Part shown: positions 34,490 to 46,319 of the stretch, one piece after another
Layout of the letters: every line of letters begins with the position of its first letter
How positions within the stretch are numbered: position 1 is the first letter of the stretch
Assembly (NCBI GenBank): GCA_045159875.1
Contig: CP067995.1
Location: 1,312,001-1,376,000, forward strand
Length of the DNA stretch: 64,000 nucleotides
DNA from: a cyanobacterium endosymbiont of Rhopalodia gibba
Lineage (GTDB): Bacteria > Cyanobacteriota > Cyanobacteriia > Cyanobacteriales > Microcystaceae
Reading direction: 5' to 3'
Notes under the pieces: model-generated
Seen by the model: only the letters and a program-made list of their open reading frames with translations
Databases searched by the model: none
What the model was told of the DNA's origin: nothing
Made by a program: the position numbers and the translations under genes

Positions 34490-35012
34490 TTCGGAAATAA
34501 ATCCACTGTTATTGTTGCTTAAAGTCAACTAAAAAAACAATAATTGACCGCAGTTGTTCATGATTAGATGTAGTTTATATTAACAGTGATATACTACAGA
34601 GCTTAATCCCGTTCAACTAGGCTTTCAAAAACTCAGCAGACTCTACTGCGAGACTGATGAAAGACTTTTATTGGAGTAGAGTTGGTAAAACTAATTCGTG
34701 TGATTTCTCCTTTGCCAGTGGGTAAAAAACAGCACAGCAAAATCATTACTCAGAGTATAAGCTTCACAAGACGATTGTAGCTGACTGGATTAGGAAATAT
34801 TTTTTTGCAATTGAAAAGAATCTTTGATGTATAAAATTCTCTAAATGTCCAATATTCATGAATTATGAAAAGTAATTATAATGCTGGTAACTTCACCTCT
34901 CCCCAAGCAAGAACAGCATATTTTTTTCAAATAAATACCGTCGATTGGGGAAGGGTGTTACAGTGCTGTTCGAATCTTTCTTCCAGATCTTAATAAATAC
35001 TGCTTTTAGCAT
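34490..35012 (-). mobile_element. IS982-family transposase remnant
   Basis: FPNPVSYNRLVK...LLCCF, KGEITRISFTNSTPIKV (cf. ISFIDST), YKLHLIMNNCGQLL (cf. FKLHLIIND.GELL); stops and frameshifts. Confidence 0.8.
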
Positions 35013-35464
35013 AGAACTACCACTTTCTTATCCCTCCTGACTTCCCATTGAATTCATGATTAATATGGTGTGGCGTATCTGTTAGCTTTGCTAAGCTCCC
35101 AATTATCTTGAGAGTGAGTTGTCTCCTTTATAAACGAGGAGTAGTCCGTCATTTATAACTAAATAACGATAATTCTTATTAAGGAATTGATAGTTAATAA
35201 ACTAACAAGGATTCATTTGATCAGCACAAGTGTCAGAAAATATCTTTCTGATTAATTGTATGCAATTTTCTATTTTAGAATTAATTTTTTTGCAAAAATA
35301 TGTTCATATTCTACAGATTATTGCGATTATTTTTTAATAAAAATTAACATCGAATTTCTTTTTTTTAAAAGTTTAAATTTTCAAAACTTAGGGTCAATTT
35401 TTCTAATTACTGTAACTTGTTGATTATTGTGGCTATATTTCCCAGTCAATGATCTTTAAGCGAA

Positions 35465-35790
35465 CTCACTCTAGACTAACCTAAAATGGTTATCCATAAC
35501 TGACAGGCAGTGCCCACAATCTTATTACATTCAATCTGTTTAGTCAGCAACGAATAACGAACTTGATTAATCGTTAGAAGAACATTATCTGTTCACCAAG
35601 AGATCATAATCAAGAACAATTGCATTGGCAGCAATGGCGGACTTAAAAGTATTCTAGACTTCTTTCTCTCCATCGTCAGAACCATAACTATAAAACCAAT
35701 TATCACCCCAAATCTAAGCACTAATTTTTAATGTGGAAAAATTGATATTTCTAACCGGTAGTTGATTGTCTTCTATAAGTTTTATCGTTA
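35465..35790 (-). pseudogene. Aldo/keto reductase pseudogene with internal deletion
   Basis: IWGDNWFYSYGSDDGEKEV*NTFKSAI joined to INQVRYSLLTKQIE...ITILG. Confidence 0.75.
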
Positions 35791-35938
35791 TGGGCTCTCC
35801 CAAATTATTTTACAACAAAACGCTTTTTCTAGTTTAGGCTAAACATGCTCTGACTTTTTTTCCTAGAATTGCTGCTTTAACAAAGCTAAGTGAGTATTCA
35901 TTAGAAAATGAAGAGTATCCAAGGTTTAAAACAATGTC

Positions 35939-36730
35939 ATGTCTACTGTCAATTTAATTTGTGCTAAATCTTAATGATATGCCTAGTTTACAAATTGGCT
36001 CAGAAAAATTACTAGAGTCTTTGAGGAGCATAGCAAACTTTGTTGAAGCAGGTAAGCAAGTCCTACTAAAACCTAACCTTTTAACAGCAAGTCTACCCAC
36101 TAAGGAATGTATTACTTGCCCTGAAATGGTTCACTATATGGCTGAGTTGATCAAAGATGTGGGAGGAAAGTCTTAATGTGGTTATTAATCTTCCAAAAGT
36201 TAAATTCCACCTTCAGTTTACCCTAACCTTAGAATTCAAGAATCTTTTTGGATGTGTACTAGGAAAAATAAAAGTTTGGTGGCACATGAAGGCAAGGAAA
36301 GACATTAAGCGCTTTTGGGAAAAGTCAGTAGAAAAGGCACGGAGAATCAACTATGCTTGAATTATAGTTGACGGTCTTATTGGCCATGAAGGTAATAAAC
36401 CGGTTGATGGCAAGCCTCATTTGTTAGAGATTTTTAATGCATCGGCGGATGTGTTTGTTTTAGATTAAAACTATAGTCAATATTTTGAGGTTTGAACCTT
36501 CATTTGTTCCTACTGTTACTGCATAAACGTACCTTGGACTCTGTTGATCTCTGACCTCGTTCACCTTCTCCTGCTTTCTACAGGGAGGTTGAAAGTCACT
36601 GATTGAGAGTTGTCTATTGATGTTGATGCCTATTGATGTTGGTCAACCTATAGTTCTCTATTCTACTTTGAAACATTTCTACATTCGTTTTCTTCGAGAA
36701 ACCCTTAAAACCTATTCAAGAAAATAATTA
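35939..36730 (+). pseudogene. DUF362 domain protein pseudogene
   Basis: MSTVNLI, VLLKPNLLT..KECIT.PE, VVINLPKVKFHLQFTLTL..KNLFGCVLG, VDGLIGHEGN; split by frameshifts into track ORFs 35961-36176 and 36157-36360. Confidence 0.85.
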
Positions 36731-37014
36731 GGACTGTTGTATATTAGCGAATTAACTGTCAAATTAGTTACATACACATTGCAGGTTTTATTACTTATTA
36801 AATAATAATACATAAAGTCAATTATTAGTCTCCGATTGCTTAGGATGACTGCCCACCCTTTAGTGACATTTTTTTATGGATTTTACCAAAGTTTAATTAA
36901 GAATTAACAACACTAACACTTGTCAAGAAAAAATTATTACAATGAAAGTAACGAGGTTATCATTCAAACCTCATTGATGACAATTTATTGAGTTCAGGTC
37001 AATCAGCCATTTTT

Positions 37015-37200
37015 ATGGAATATAGTACCCCGTCAGGGAAGGTTGTAGAGCCTCCGGCTCACAGGTGGGCTTATATTATAGGAACCACGATCGCTTTGTT
37101 AACACTTACCTTACCGATGTTTGCCATTGCTTATTATTCTCCACAAAATCGTCGAGCTAGACCAGAAACCTCTATAGAAAATTTTCAGCCATTACCATGA
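37015..37200 (+). CDS. Small single-pass membrane protein (61 aa), conserved in cyanobacteria
   Basis: IIGTTIALLTLTLPMFAIAYYS helix; ATG at 37015; convergent with por. Confidence 0.65.
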   Translation: MEYSTPSGKVVEPPAHRWAYIIGTTIALLTLTLPMFAIAYYSPQNRRARPETSIENFQPLP

Positions 37201-37202
37201 AA

Positions 37203-38052
<850 letters not shown>

Positions 38053-39852
38053 TTATATTGATACTTCGTTACCTGAAAGTTACTGTTTTAGAGGCAATCT
38101 TACACCACTGAACCATAGGTCTTTATTCTCGGGTAATCGTTAAGATAAATGCTCATCAACTTAATTAGGTGTATTTATTTAGTGGCTTAGGAGCTCTCAA
38201 AAGCAAACTATTTGCTCGGAAATGTACTAAATTTACGAGTTTCGGAATTGTAAAATGCTAAAAAAATCATCTTTAATGATAGCTTATTTTAATAATTTAA
38301 TTGCAATGCCTTAGTAGTTAAGTACAAATAAATAGTACTATCTTTAAAAAGATTTAAAAAATAAATAAGCTATTAATTTATGAAAAAAATAAATTAATTT
38401 AAATAAAATTCAAGACTATAATCTATAGCAGCTAAGTCAATTAAGTAACGGAATCTTAAAGATTTAGATAAAAGATATTTATACTTTTAAAGTATTTTTT
38501 TAGGTATAATTTAATTACTTACATCACTGTTATTGCTAATCCATATTTATTCTTTAATATTCTATCAGCTAATTTATTTTCTTTTACCATTCGTTCCTAA
38601 TTCTGTCTAATTCTAGTGAATAAGAATAAAAGTATCACTCTTAAAGCTCTTTAAAGCTGATCCATATTCAAACCTTTTTTTCTGTCTTTAAGTTGAGAAA
38701 GTCCATTTTCAATAAATAGCAATTTTACTCACTTTTCACCCTATTGCCGACAATCTAATGACACTAACTCTATCATTTGTTCTTCAAGGAACTTATTTAA
38801 GTTTTACTTAACCCAAATAAAGTCCTTTTTGCTGTGACTTGAAAAATAGCTTTAAACGAATAGATGACATTAGTTGCTCATAATTCTTATAGATAACTCT
38901 ATTGACACACTTTAGTGTCTATTTGTAGTGATAACTTTTTTATACAAAACATATATTCCTCTGGTACTGTTTATATGTGTCAAATTACTTATTCTGTATT
39001 TTTTTAAAAATTACTTTTTTAAAAATTAAAACCATTAAAAACTAAACTTTTTAACTTATGTTTATTGTATCATTTAAGTGTTGTTAAAGCTAAACTAAAA
39101 TAGTTACTCACTCTATAATTTTTCATTAAAAAAATAAAAGTGTAATTTAATTACATTAAACTCATTAATAATACGATATTAAATAAGTTATTTTATCTTA
39201 ATTTAACTATTCATAATAGGAGCATAATGGCAATAAAAAACTTTTAATAAAATCATATTATAATGTTCATAATTATTGTTCAACTTAAGACAGCTTTTAA
39301 AAATATTCATTGTTAATATGAGTTAAAGCTGAGTATTATAAAATATATATTTTGTTCTAAACATCTAAGCAAAAATGCAAAAATTTTGATAATTATATTA
39401 TAATTTAACTATAAAAAAATACTATAATAACTATTATAAAACAATAGAAGGTAAAGCCAACTTATCTTCTAACTATAAATCTAGAGAAGGTTTCTTGAGT
39501 AAATATAGATAAGCAATTAGTAGAATCAAGAAAGTCAACAAAACAGTTAAAAAAACTTATATTCTTCTAATTTTTAATATTAAAATATATTTTTAATTTA
39601 GTCGTTAATAGTTTCACTAAAAAAATATTTAAGGGATAAAAATTGATTAATTAGGTTGACTAATTATTTTCAATGTTTTACAATGAGTGTTCTTTTAAAG
39701 TTCTTGTTAATAGAATATTTTAAAGAGTTTACAAATTAAATATTGCTTTAATTCAGAAACATATTTACGGTCATCTATGCTGCCTAAATTTAATTAGAAA
39801 GCTAATAATTTACCGTCAACTGATTTATATAATTTCTTTTTTACAAATCTGC

Positions 39853-39934
39853 AAAAAACAGCACAGCAACATCATTGCCCAGAGTATACGCTTCACAAGA
39901 CGATTGTAGCTGACTAGATTAGGAAATACTTTTT
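39853..39934 (-). mobile_element. Second IS982 transposase fragment (82 bp)
   Basis: Matches 34724-34805 with 6 mismatches by eye; encodes FPNLVSYNRLVKRILWAMMLLCCF. Confidence 0.8.
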
Positions 39935-40212
39935 ATTAGTTATAATTTAACCTCCCATAAAAAAATATCATCTTTTTTGAAAAAAAATTATTAATTAAGG
40001 AGCAGAATGACAATGCTATTTAAATCTTTGATAGAAACAATCTAGATCATAAAATACTCGTCTCAATCGAGATTGACCCAAGGTTTTATATTCATAGAAT
40101 CAAACATTAATAAATGCTGCTTCTGACATAGATTTGCTACTTCTTTGTCTTTCCATAAATTTTTGTCAAACTTACGCTGATTAATGTTGCCCCTGATGAA
40201 TTTAAAATAAGA

Positions 40213-40232
40213 AGGCGGACATGACCCGCCCT
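40213..40232 (-). terminator. Putative intrinsic terminator of acnB
   Basis: Minus strand AGGGCGGG-TCATG-TCCGCCT followed by T-rich TCTTATTTT. Confidence 0.5.
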
Positions 40233-40319
40233 ATTATTATAACTCAAGAATCTTTCTGGAATGCCTAAATTATCTTCAGTTTTTGGCATTTATTCTAAAA
40301 GAAGAATCCGTCCTTCCTC

Positions 40320-42869
40320 TTAAAAACCTTCAATTTTATTAAAATTTAAATAACAATATAATTGACTAGAAAAAGGCTCAATTTTTTCTGTGATAATGGA
40401 TATGTATTCCTCAACTGTTGGAATTTTTCCTAACAAGGCACACACCGCAGCTAATTCTGCAGAACCAAGGTAAACTTGAGCTCCTTTACCCATACGGTTA
40501 TTAAAGTTGCGGGTAGAAGTAGAAAACACCGTCGTATTATCTTCTACACGTGCTTGATTTCCCATACATAAAGAACATCCAGGTATTTCTATCCGCGCAC
40601 CAACAGCTGTAAAAATATCATAGATACCTTCTTCCTGTAGCTGTTTTTCATCCATTCGAGTTGGGGGACAAATCCATAAACGTACGTGTAAACCGCTATT
40701 TTCGCCTATTTTTTGTCCTTCTAAAATCCTAGCAGCAGCGCGATAATGTCCAATATTTGTCATACAAGAACCGATGAATACTTCATTGACTTTTTCTCCT
40801 GAACATTCGGACATTAATTTAACATTATCTGGGTCATTTGGTGCAGCAACAATCGGTTCTTTTATCTCACTTAAATTCACTTCAATAGTATCTGCATATT
40901 CAGCATTTTTATCTGCTTCCAGTAATACAGGATCTTTCAACCATTGTTCCATTTTTTCCGCACGACGTACCAAAGTTTTAGAGTCTTGATAACCTCGCCC
41001 AACCATATTTTTAATTAGGGCAACATTGGACTGTAAATATTCAGCAATGGTCCCTTTTCCTAACTTAATAGTAGATCCTGCACAAGACCTTTCTGCGGTA
41101 GCATCTGTTAATTCAAATGCTTGTTCAACCTTTAAATTCGGTAAACCTTCCATCTCCATGATACGTCCATTGAAAACATTAATTTTTTTCTCTTTATTAA
41201 CGGTTAATTTACCTTCTTGCATGGCTACCCGAGGAATAGCATTAACAATATCCCGTAAGGTTACCCCAGGTTGTAATTCCCCAGTAAACTTAACTAACAC
41301 TGATTCTGGCATATCCAAAGGCATTACCCCTAATGCTGCTGCAAATGCAACTAAGCCTGAACCTGCCGGGAAAGATATACCCAAGGGGAAGCGAGTATGG
41401 GAGTCTCCCCCTGTCCCGACGGTATCAGGTAATAACATTCGGTTTAACCAAGAGTGAATGATACCATCCCCAGGATGCAACGCGACCCCCCCACGGGTTG
41501 AGAAGAAGTCCGGCAACTCTTTATGAATTTTGACATCGACAGGTTTAGGATAAGCGGCAGTGTGACAAAAACTTTGTAGAGTTAAGTCTGCATTGAACCC
41601 TAGACAGGCTAACTCTTTTAATTCATCACGGGTCATGGGTCCCGTGGTATCTTGAGAACCTACAGTCGTCATTATGGGTTCGCAAGAGTCCCCTGGACGA
41701 ATCCCAGGTAAACCGCAAGCTTTACCGACTATTTTTTGTGCTAAAGTAAATCCAGGTATTTCCTTGTCTTCGATAGGGGAGATAGCACGAATAAAAATAG
41801 TGCTAGGTTCAAGTCCCAATGCATGACGGGTTTTATCGGTTAACGCGCGTCCAATAAGTAAGGGAATACGTCCCCCTGCGCGTACTTCGTCTAAGATGGT
41901 TTTAGGTTTAGGGATGAAGGTTGCAATAATTTCTTCTGCTTCGTTAGTAATTTCTCCCTTGTAGGGATAGATAATGATAACGTCTCCGGTTTCCATTTCG
42001 CTGACATCGCATTCGATAGGAAATGCACCGGAATCTTCAGCCGTATTGAAGAAAATAGGGGAAATTTTTCCGCCAAGAATGTATCCTCCTGAACGTTTGT
42101 TGGGGACAAAAGGAATATCATTTCCAATGTGCCATAAAATAGAATTGATGGCAGACTTACGGGATGACCCCGTTCCAACAACATCCCCGACATAAGCAAT
42201 GGGATAGCCTTTATCTTTGAGTCTAGCAATAGTTTCTATTCCCTCTGGGACAAGAGATTCTAGCATAGTTAAAGCGTGTAAAGGAATGTCCGATCTTGTA
42301 GTTGCATGGGGAGCGGGGGAAAGGTCATCGGTGTTGGTTTCTCCACAGACTTTAAAGACAGTGACGATAATGGCTTCAGGGACTTTAGGTTTATTGATAA
42401 ACCAGGAAGCATTGGACCAAGCATCGATGACCTGTTTGGCGTAGGAGTTAGTTGCCGATAATTCTAAGACTTCATTAAACGTATCGAAGACTAAGATAGT
42501 TCCACTTAATGCGGTGACTGTTGCTGATACTAAGTTACTATCGGGAGATTTGAGCAAGCCGACCAGTGATTGTACATTATAGCCACCCATCATGGTTCCC
42601 AATAATTCCACTGCTCCTTGAGGGGAGATTATAGGACAGGTTATCTCACCTTTAGCTACTCCTGTTAAAAATCCTGCTTTAACATAAGCGGCTTCATCTA
42701 CACCAGGAGGAATTCTATCTTGTAGTAACATTAAAAGCTCTTCTCTGAGTTCTTCGGGAGGATTTTTTAAAAGTTTACATAGTTGTGAAGTTTGTTCTGC
42801 GGTTAAGGGTAGAGGAGGAATTCCAAGTTTTGCGCGTTCTTCTGTGTGTTTATGATAACTTTTTAACAT
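40320..42869 (-). CDS. acnB: Aconitate hydratase B
   Basis: GETNTDDLSPA, GSSRKSA, SQDTTGPMTRDE, GDSHTRFP, GSCMTNIG, GCSLCMGNQ, STSTRNF; C-terminus shortened by a stop. Confidence 0.96.
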   Translation of the reverse strand: MLKSYHKHTEERAKLGIPPLPLTAEQTSQLCKLLKNPPEELREELLMLLQDRIPPGVDEAAYVKAGFLTGVAKGEITCPIISPQGAVELLGTMMGGYNVQSLVGLLKSPDSNLVSATVTALSGTILVFDTFNEVLELSATNSYAKQVIDAWSNASWFINKPKVPEAIIVTVFKVCGETNTDDLSPAPHATTRSDIPLHALTMLESLVPEGIETIARLKDKGYPIAYVGDVVGTGSSRKSAINSILWHIGNDIPFVPNKRSGGYILGGKISPIFFNTAEDSGAFPIECDVSEMETGDVIIIYPYKGEITNEAEEIIATFIPKPKTILDEVRAGGRIPLLIGRALTDKTRHALGLEPSTIFIRAISPIEDKEIPGFTLAQKIVGKACGLPGIRPGDSCEPIMTTVGSQDTTGPMTRDELKELACLGFNADLTLQSFCHTAAYPKPVDVKIHKELPDFFSTRGGVALHPGDGIIHSWLNRMLLPDTVGTGGDSHTRFPLGISFPAGSGLVAFAAALGVMPLDMPESVLVKFTGELQPGVTLRDIVNAIPRVAMQEGKLTVNKEKKINVFNGRIMEMEGLPNLKVEQAFELTDATAERSCAGSTIKLGKGTIAEYLQSNVALIKNMVGRGYQDSKTLVRRAEKMEQWLKDPVLLEADKNAEYADTIEVNLSEIKEPIVAAPNDPDNVKLMSECSGEKVNEVFIGSCMTNIGHYRAAARILEGQKIGENSGLHVRLWICPPTRMDEKQLQEEGIYDIFTAVGARIEIPGCSLCMGNQARVEDNTTVFSTSTRNFNNRMGKGAQVYLGSAELAAVCALLGKIPTVEEYISIITEKIEPFSSQLYCYLNFNKIEGF

Positions 42870-42906
42870 TCAGTTGTTCTCCTGCGATTTAATTCTTTAT
42901 GTTTTG

Positions 42907-42945
42907 ATTGATAGCCTTAAGGGTGATACCTTTAAGGCTATCAAT
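42907..42945. repeat. Near-perfect hairpin just upstream of acnB
   Basis: ATTGATAGCCTTAAGGGT-GAT-ACCTTTAAGGCTATCAAT: 14 perfect bp, one G-T, then 3 bp. Confidence 0.8.
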
Positions 42946-43849
42946 TTTATTCTGTTGCAGTATAGATAGTTTTATTAAAAATTTTAGAAAACTAAGCTAC
43001 ACTTTCTTGTCATTCTATAAAGTTCAGACGTTTAATTATACTTTTTTTCTAGTAAGACATTAGAGCTTAATGCAATAAATATATAAAAATATGAGTAATG
43101 CGAAAAAATGGTAATATTTACAGGTAATTTTACATAATTTTATCCAAAGAATTTATATGTCTTAAATATCAAATATTAACCGATATCTACTCTCATGTAG
43201 AGTATTGATCTACGTATAAAAAAAAAGCTAATATTTCCTTCAGCTAAAATATTTTCTACTACATTTTAATAATTTTATACTAAAAAAAATAATAGAGAAA
43301 TTGGCATAAATAATATTTAATAAGTATTTAAAATACTGAATATTTTATTTTTTATAAAAAATAAAAATAACATCGATTAATAAATTACTTTTTTTTAAAA
43401 AAATCAATTTAAAAAGCAGTTTACTTATGGATTTATTAAGTATATTTAATATACGACTGCACTGTACCAGATAAATATTGATTAGGTCGAATTTTTGCGA
43501 AGATTTACTTGGAAATACGCTTAGTTTATATTCAGTTAAGACTGTTTTATTAAAACATAAAATTGTAACTGTAAATTTAGTAAAAGCAGAAATAAAAGGA
43601 ATAACAATACAACTATTTCAAAGAGAAAAAAAGCGATAAATTATATATTCTGAATAACTAGGGATAGGCTAGAGAGAAATAACTCAATAAGGTAAAACAA
43701 AAACTTGGTCTATAAAATAACTGAGGAATATAGTAAAGCTTTCTGTGAGTAGTCAAAACGCGATACTGGTCGCAACTATAGGCTAGTTAATAAAAACATT
43801 AAGTTGCTGCGGTATTTCACTTCCTGACTACCTTTTGGGAGATATTTAT

Positions 43850-44760
43850 ATATAATTACAATTCGTTTTCTCATGTGCTCTCCCGACCATTATGGCGTAG
43901 ATTACGTTACTAATCCATGGATGGAAGGGAATATTCATAAATAAAACCGGTGATGTGCAACAGTGGCAGAACCTCTATCAAATCATCAAAGAGCTGGCAA
44001 TCGTCAATCTGATAACTCCCGAAAAAGGTCAGCTAGATATGGTATTTACCGCTAATTCTGGGTTGGTTTGAGGGGACAATGACAACGTTGTCCTAAGCCG
44101 ATTTTAACACAACAAACGCAAAAAAAAGAACTCTTCTTCAAAAAATGGTTCGAGGAGAATGGTTTCACCGTCAAACGTCTCACAGATTTTATTTTTGAGG
44201 TTATACAAGCCTCTTTGACAGAATTTCTTAAAGCGGGGGCGGCTAAATGTTTGACCCTAAGAGTGTCAGAATTGTCCTCAACTACGTTTACGCTAACTAA
44301 CTTATTGAAAACTGTATTATCCAACTGCAATGTTATCTTTTCGATACAGGGGTGATTAATAACGCCATCGACAAAATTGTAGAAAATTGGGGCAGGTTTA
44401 AGATTTTAAACTTTAATTTAGGAGTCGAACACTGAATTTTAAAGACATTAAATACGGGGCAAAAGTAATAAAGTTAAAGTAAACTCAGATGATGCAGTAA
44501 TTTTTACTTTTTACACTTTTTTGGGGAAAATACGATAGTTGTTCACGATATTAAACAAGCTGGTAACTCCTTTAATGGTTGATATAAAACGGGTAGTTAC
44601 TGTAAGTAAAGAACATCGATGTTACATTCCACTGGAGTTGGTAAAATGACTCCAGCAGGGGTAAAAAAGGTTTCGTGTGGAGGTTAGTTAGTCCTGCTGT
44701 AGTGACTTAATTGTCTGATAGCGGTTCCGTAGTCTCAGTAAATATCCTCACTAAGGATAA
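43850..44760 (+). pseudogene. argZ: Arginine dihydrolase / bifunctional ArgZ-AgrE pseudogene
   Basis: IRFLMCSPDHYGVDYVTNPWMEGNIHK, DMVFTANSGLV*G, KKWFEENGFTV, LTEFLKAGAAKCLTLRV, ILNFNLG, SPAVVT*LSDSGSV; large internal deletions. Confidence 0.88.
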
Positions 44761-45205
44761 AGAGTCAATCTATATTTTAATTAACATTTCATATAAGTAT
44801 AATTACTTTTTATAAAAAAATTAATTCTAAAAAAATAGGGCTTTAAACTCAGATTATTTCTTATTTTTAGATAAATTATAGTTGGCTTAGTATATAAAAA
44901 ATATTATATTTATAATAGGCAATATATATTTGTTTGATATGATTTTTTTAAAAACTCCTATATTAAAATATATTGAAGTTTTAAAGAATCACTCTAATAT
45001 GAATTTACTATTATTTAATATTTAATGTAGAAAATAAATGAAAATTATCTGATTAAGTATGATTATTTAACAGTAAAAATAAAAATATTAGCAATACAAC
45101 TGCGGAATAAAAAGTAAATAGAATTCTTATCTAAAGCTATTCTATTTTTTAAAAAAATTAATAATAATTAATTTTTAATTTTTTCTTTAGATAGCTAAAA
45201 ATTAC

Positions 45206-45243
45206 AAATAAGTCTATTTACGCCAAGGTAAATAGACTTATTT
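45206..45243. repeat. Perfect inverted repeat, 16-bp arms
   Basis: AAATAAGTCTATTTAC-gccaag-GTAAATAGACTTATTT. Confidence 0.85.
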
Positions 45244-45671
45244 ATTTCGAATTAACTTAGTTATATCTGATCTTAGAAAGAGCCCCTTAAATATAGTTAA
45301 AAAATCCAATTATAATGGCACAAAATTAGATATTAGCAAGTATTAATAGAAGAATGGACTGGTTTTTTTACAAAAGACAAGCGGTTTTAATCATATTAAT
45401 CAAAAAAAAATTCTAGTTATCTTATTGCAATAACTTACTTATTAATCGATTCAACGGAAAAAATAAGTGTTCTAAGATTTTGTCGTATTTTTTATACAGG
45501 GATAATTAATGTAAATTGAAAAAATTTATCTCTAATTTAATCATTAAATAATGATTCATGATTGACATTATATAAAAAGATAAAAGACGAATTAAGTTTT
45601 AATTAAAATATTAAATTTTATAAAGTTACATATTAATACAAGAATATCGATAAAATTGCAAAATTTTGTAG

Positions 45672-45707
45672 TTAAAAACACTATAGTAATGATTATAGTG
45701 TTTTTAA
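45672..45707. repeat. Perfect inverted repeat, 14-bp arms
   Basis: TTAAAAACACTATA...TATAGTGTTTTTAA. Confidence 0.8.
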
Positions 45708-46072
45708 TAAAGTAAAAATTTTAACAAATTTGTATGGACTATTAGTAAACCTTGAGTATTATCCATCCATGAACTAAAACAGCGTTAAACTGAAAAAGCG
45801 TTGGTCTAGTTCAATAAAAAAATGTCTAATTCACCAAAAACTAAAATTAGTACAATCAGGAATCGTTTTTAGATTCAATCAAGATTGTTGAAATCTTGTG
45901 GTGTCAACTACCTCAGTTAAGTTTAACCACCCTATCACCGTGTCACTGCATAAATTCATCAGTCTGTTACCCTCCGACCCTTTCCAACTCGATCCTAAAA
46001 TGCGATAAAGTTAGCAGGATGAAACGTTTATTTTGAAACTGAAGTCCATTTTAATCAGGAGATTCAAATAAG

Positions 46073-46189
46073 ATGCTAATCGTAAAAATTGCAGTTTATA
46101 TAGTCGTTGCTTTATTCATTTCTCTGTTTGTCTTTGGCTTTCTATCGAGTGATCCAACTCGTAACCCTGGACGGAAAGATTTCGAGTAA
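46073..46189 (+). CDS. psbI: Photosystem II reaction centre protein I (intact, below the ORF-track cutoff)
   Basis: [38 protein letters not shown], 38 aa, AGGAG RBS upstream; precedes the DUF3769 gene. Confidence 0.95.
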   Translation: MLIVKIAVYIVVALFISLFVFGFLSSDPTRNPGRKDFE

Positions 46190-46319
46190 GCATAATTTGA
46201 CTGTGTTAACTTAGGTGATTAAGACGACAGGGGCGAGGTACGGCTCGTCCCGAGCGTTCTTCTGCTGAGTCACGCTGCAGGTAGCAATTGACCCCTTAAG
46301 CTTGATTTTTATCGAAAAG

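Noticed and set aside
39141..39155. Possible NtcA box TGTAATTTAATTACA
   Set aside because: Spacing is GTA-N7-TAC, not N8, and no gene is nearby
44052..44330. 92-aa minus-strand ORF
   Set aside because: Antisense shadow of the argZ pseudogene
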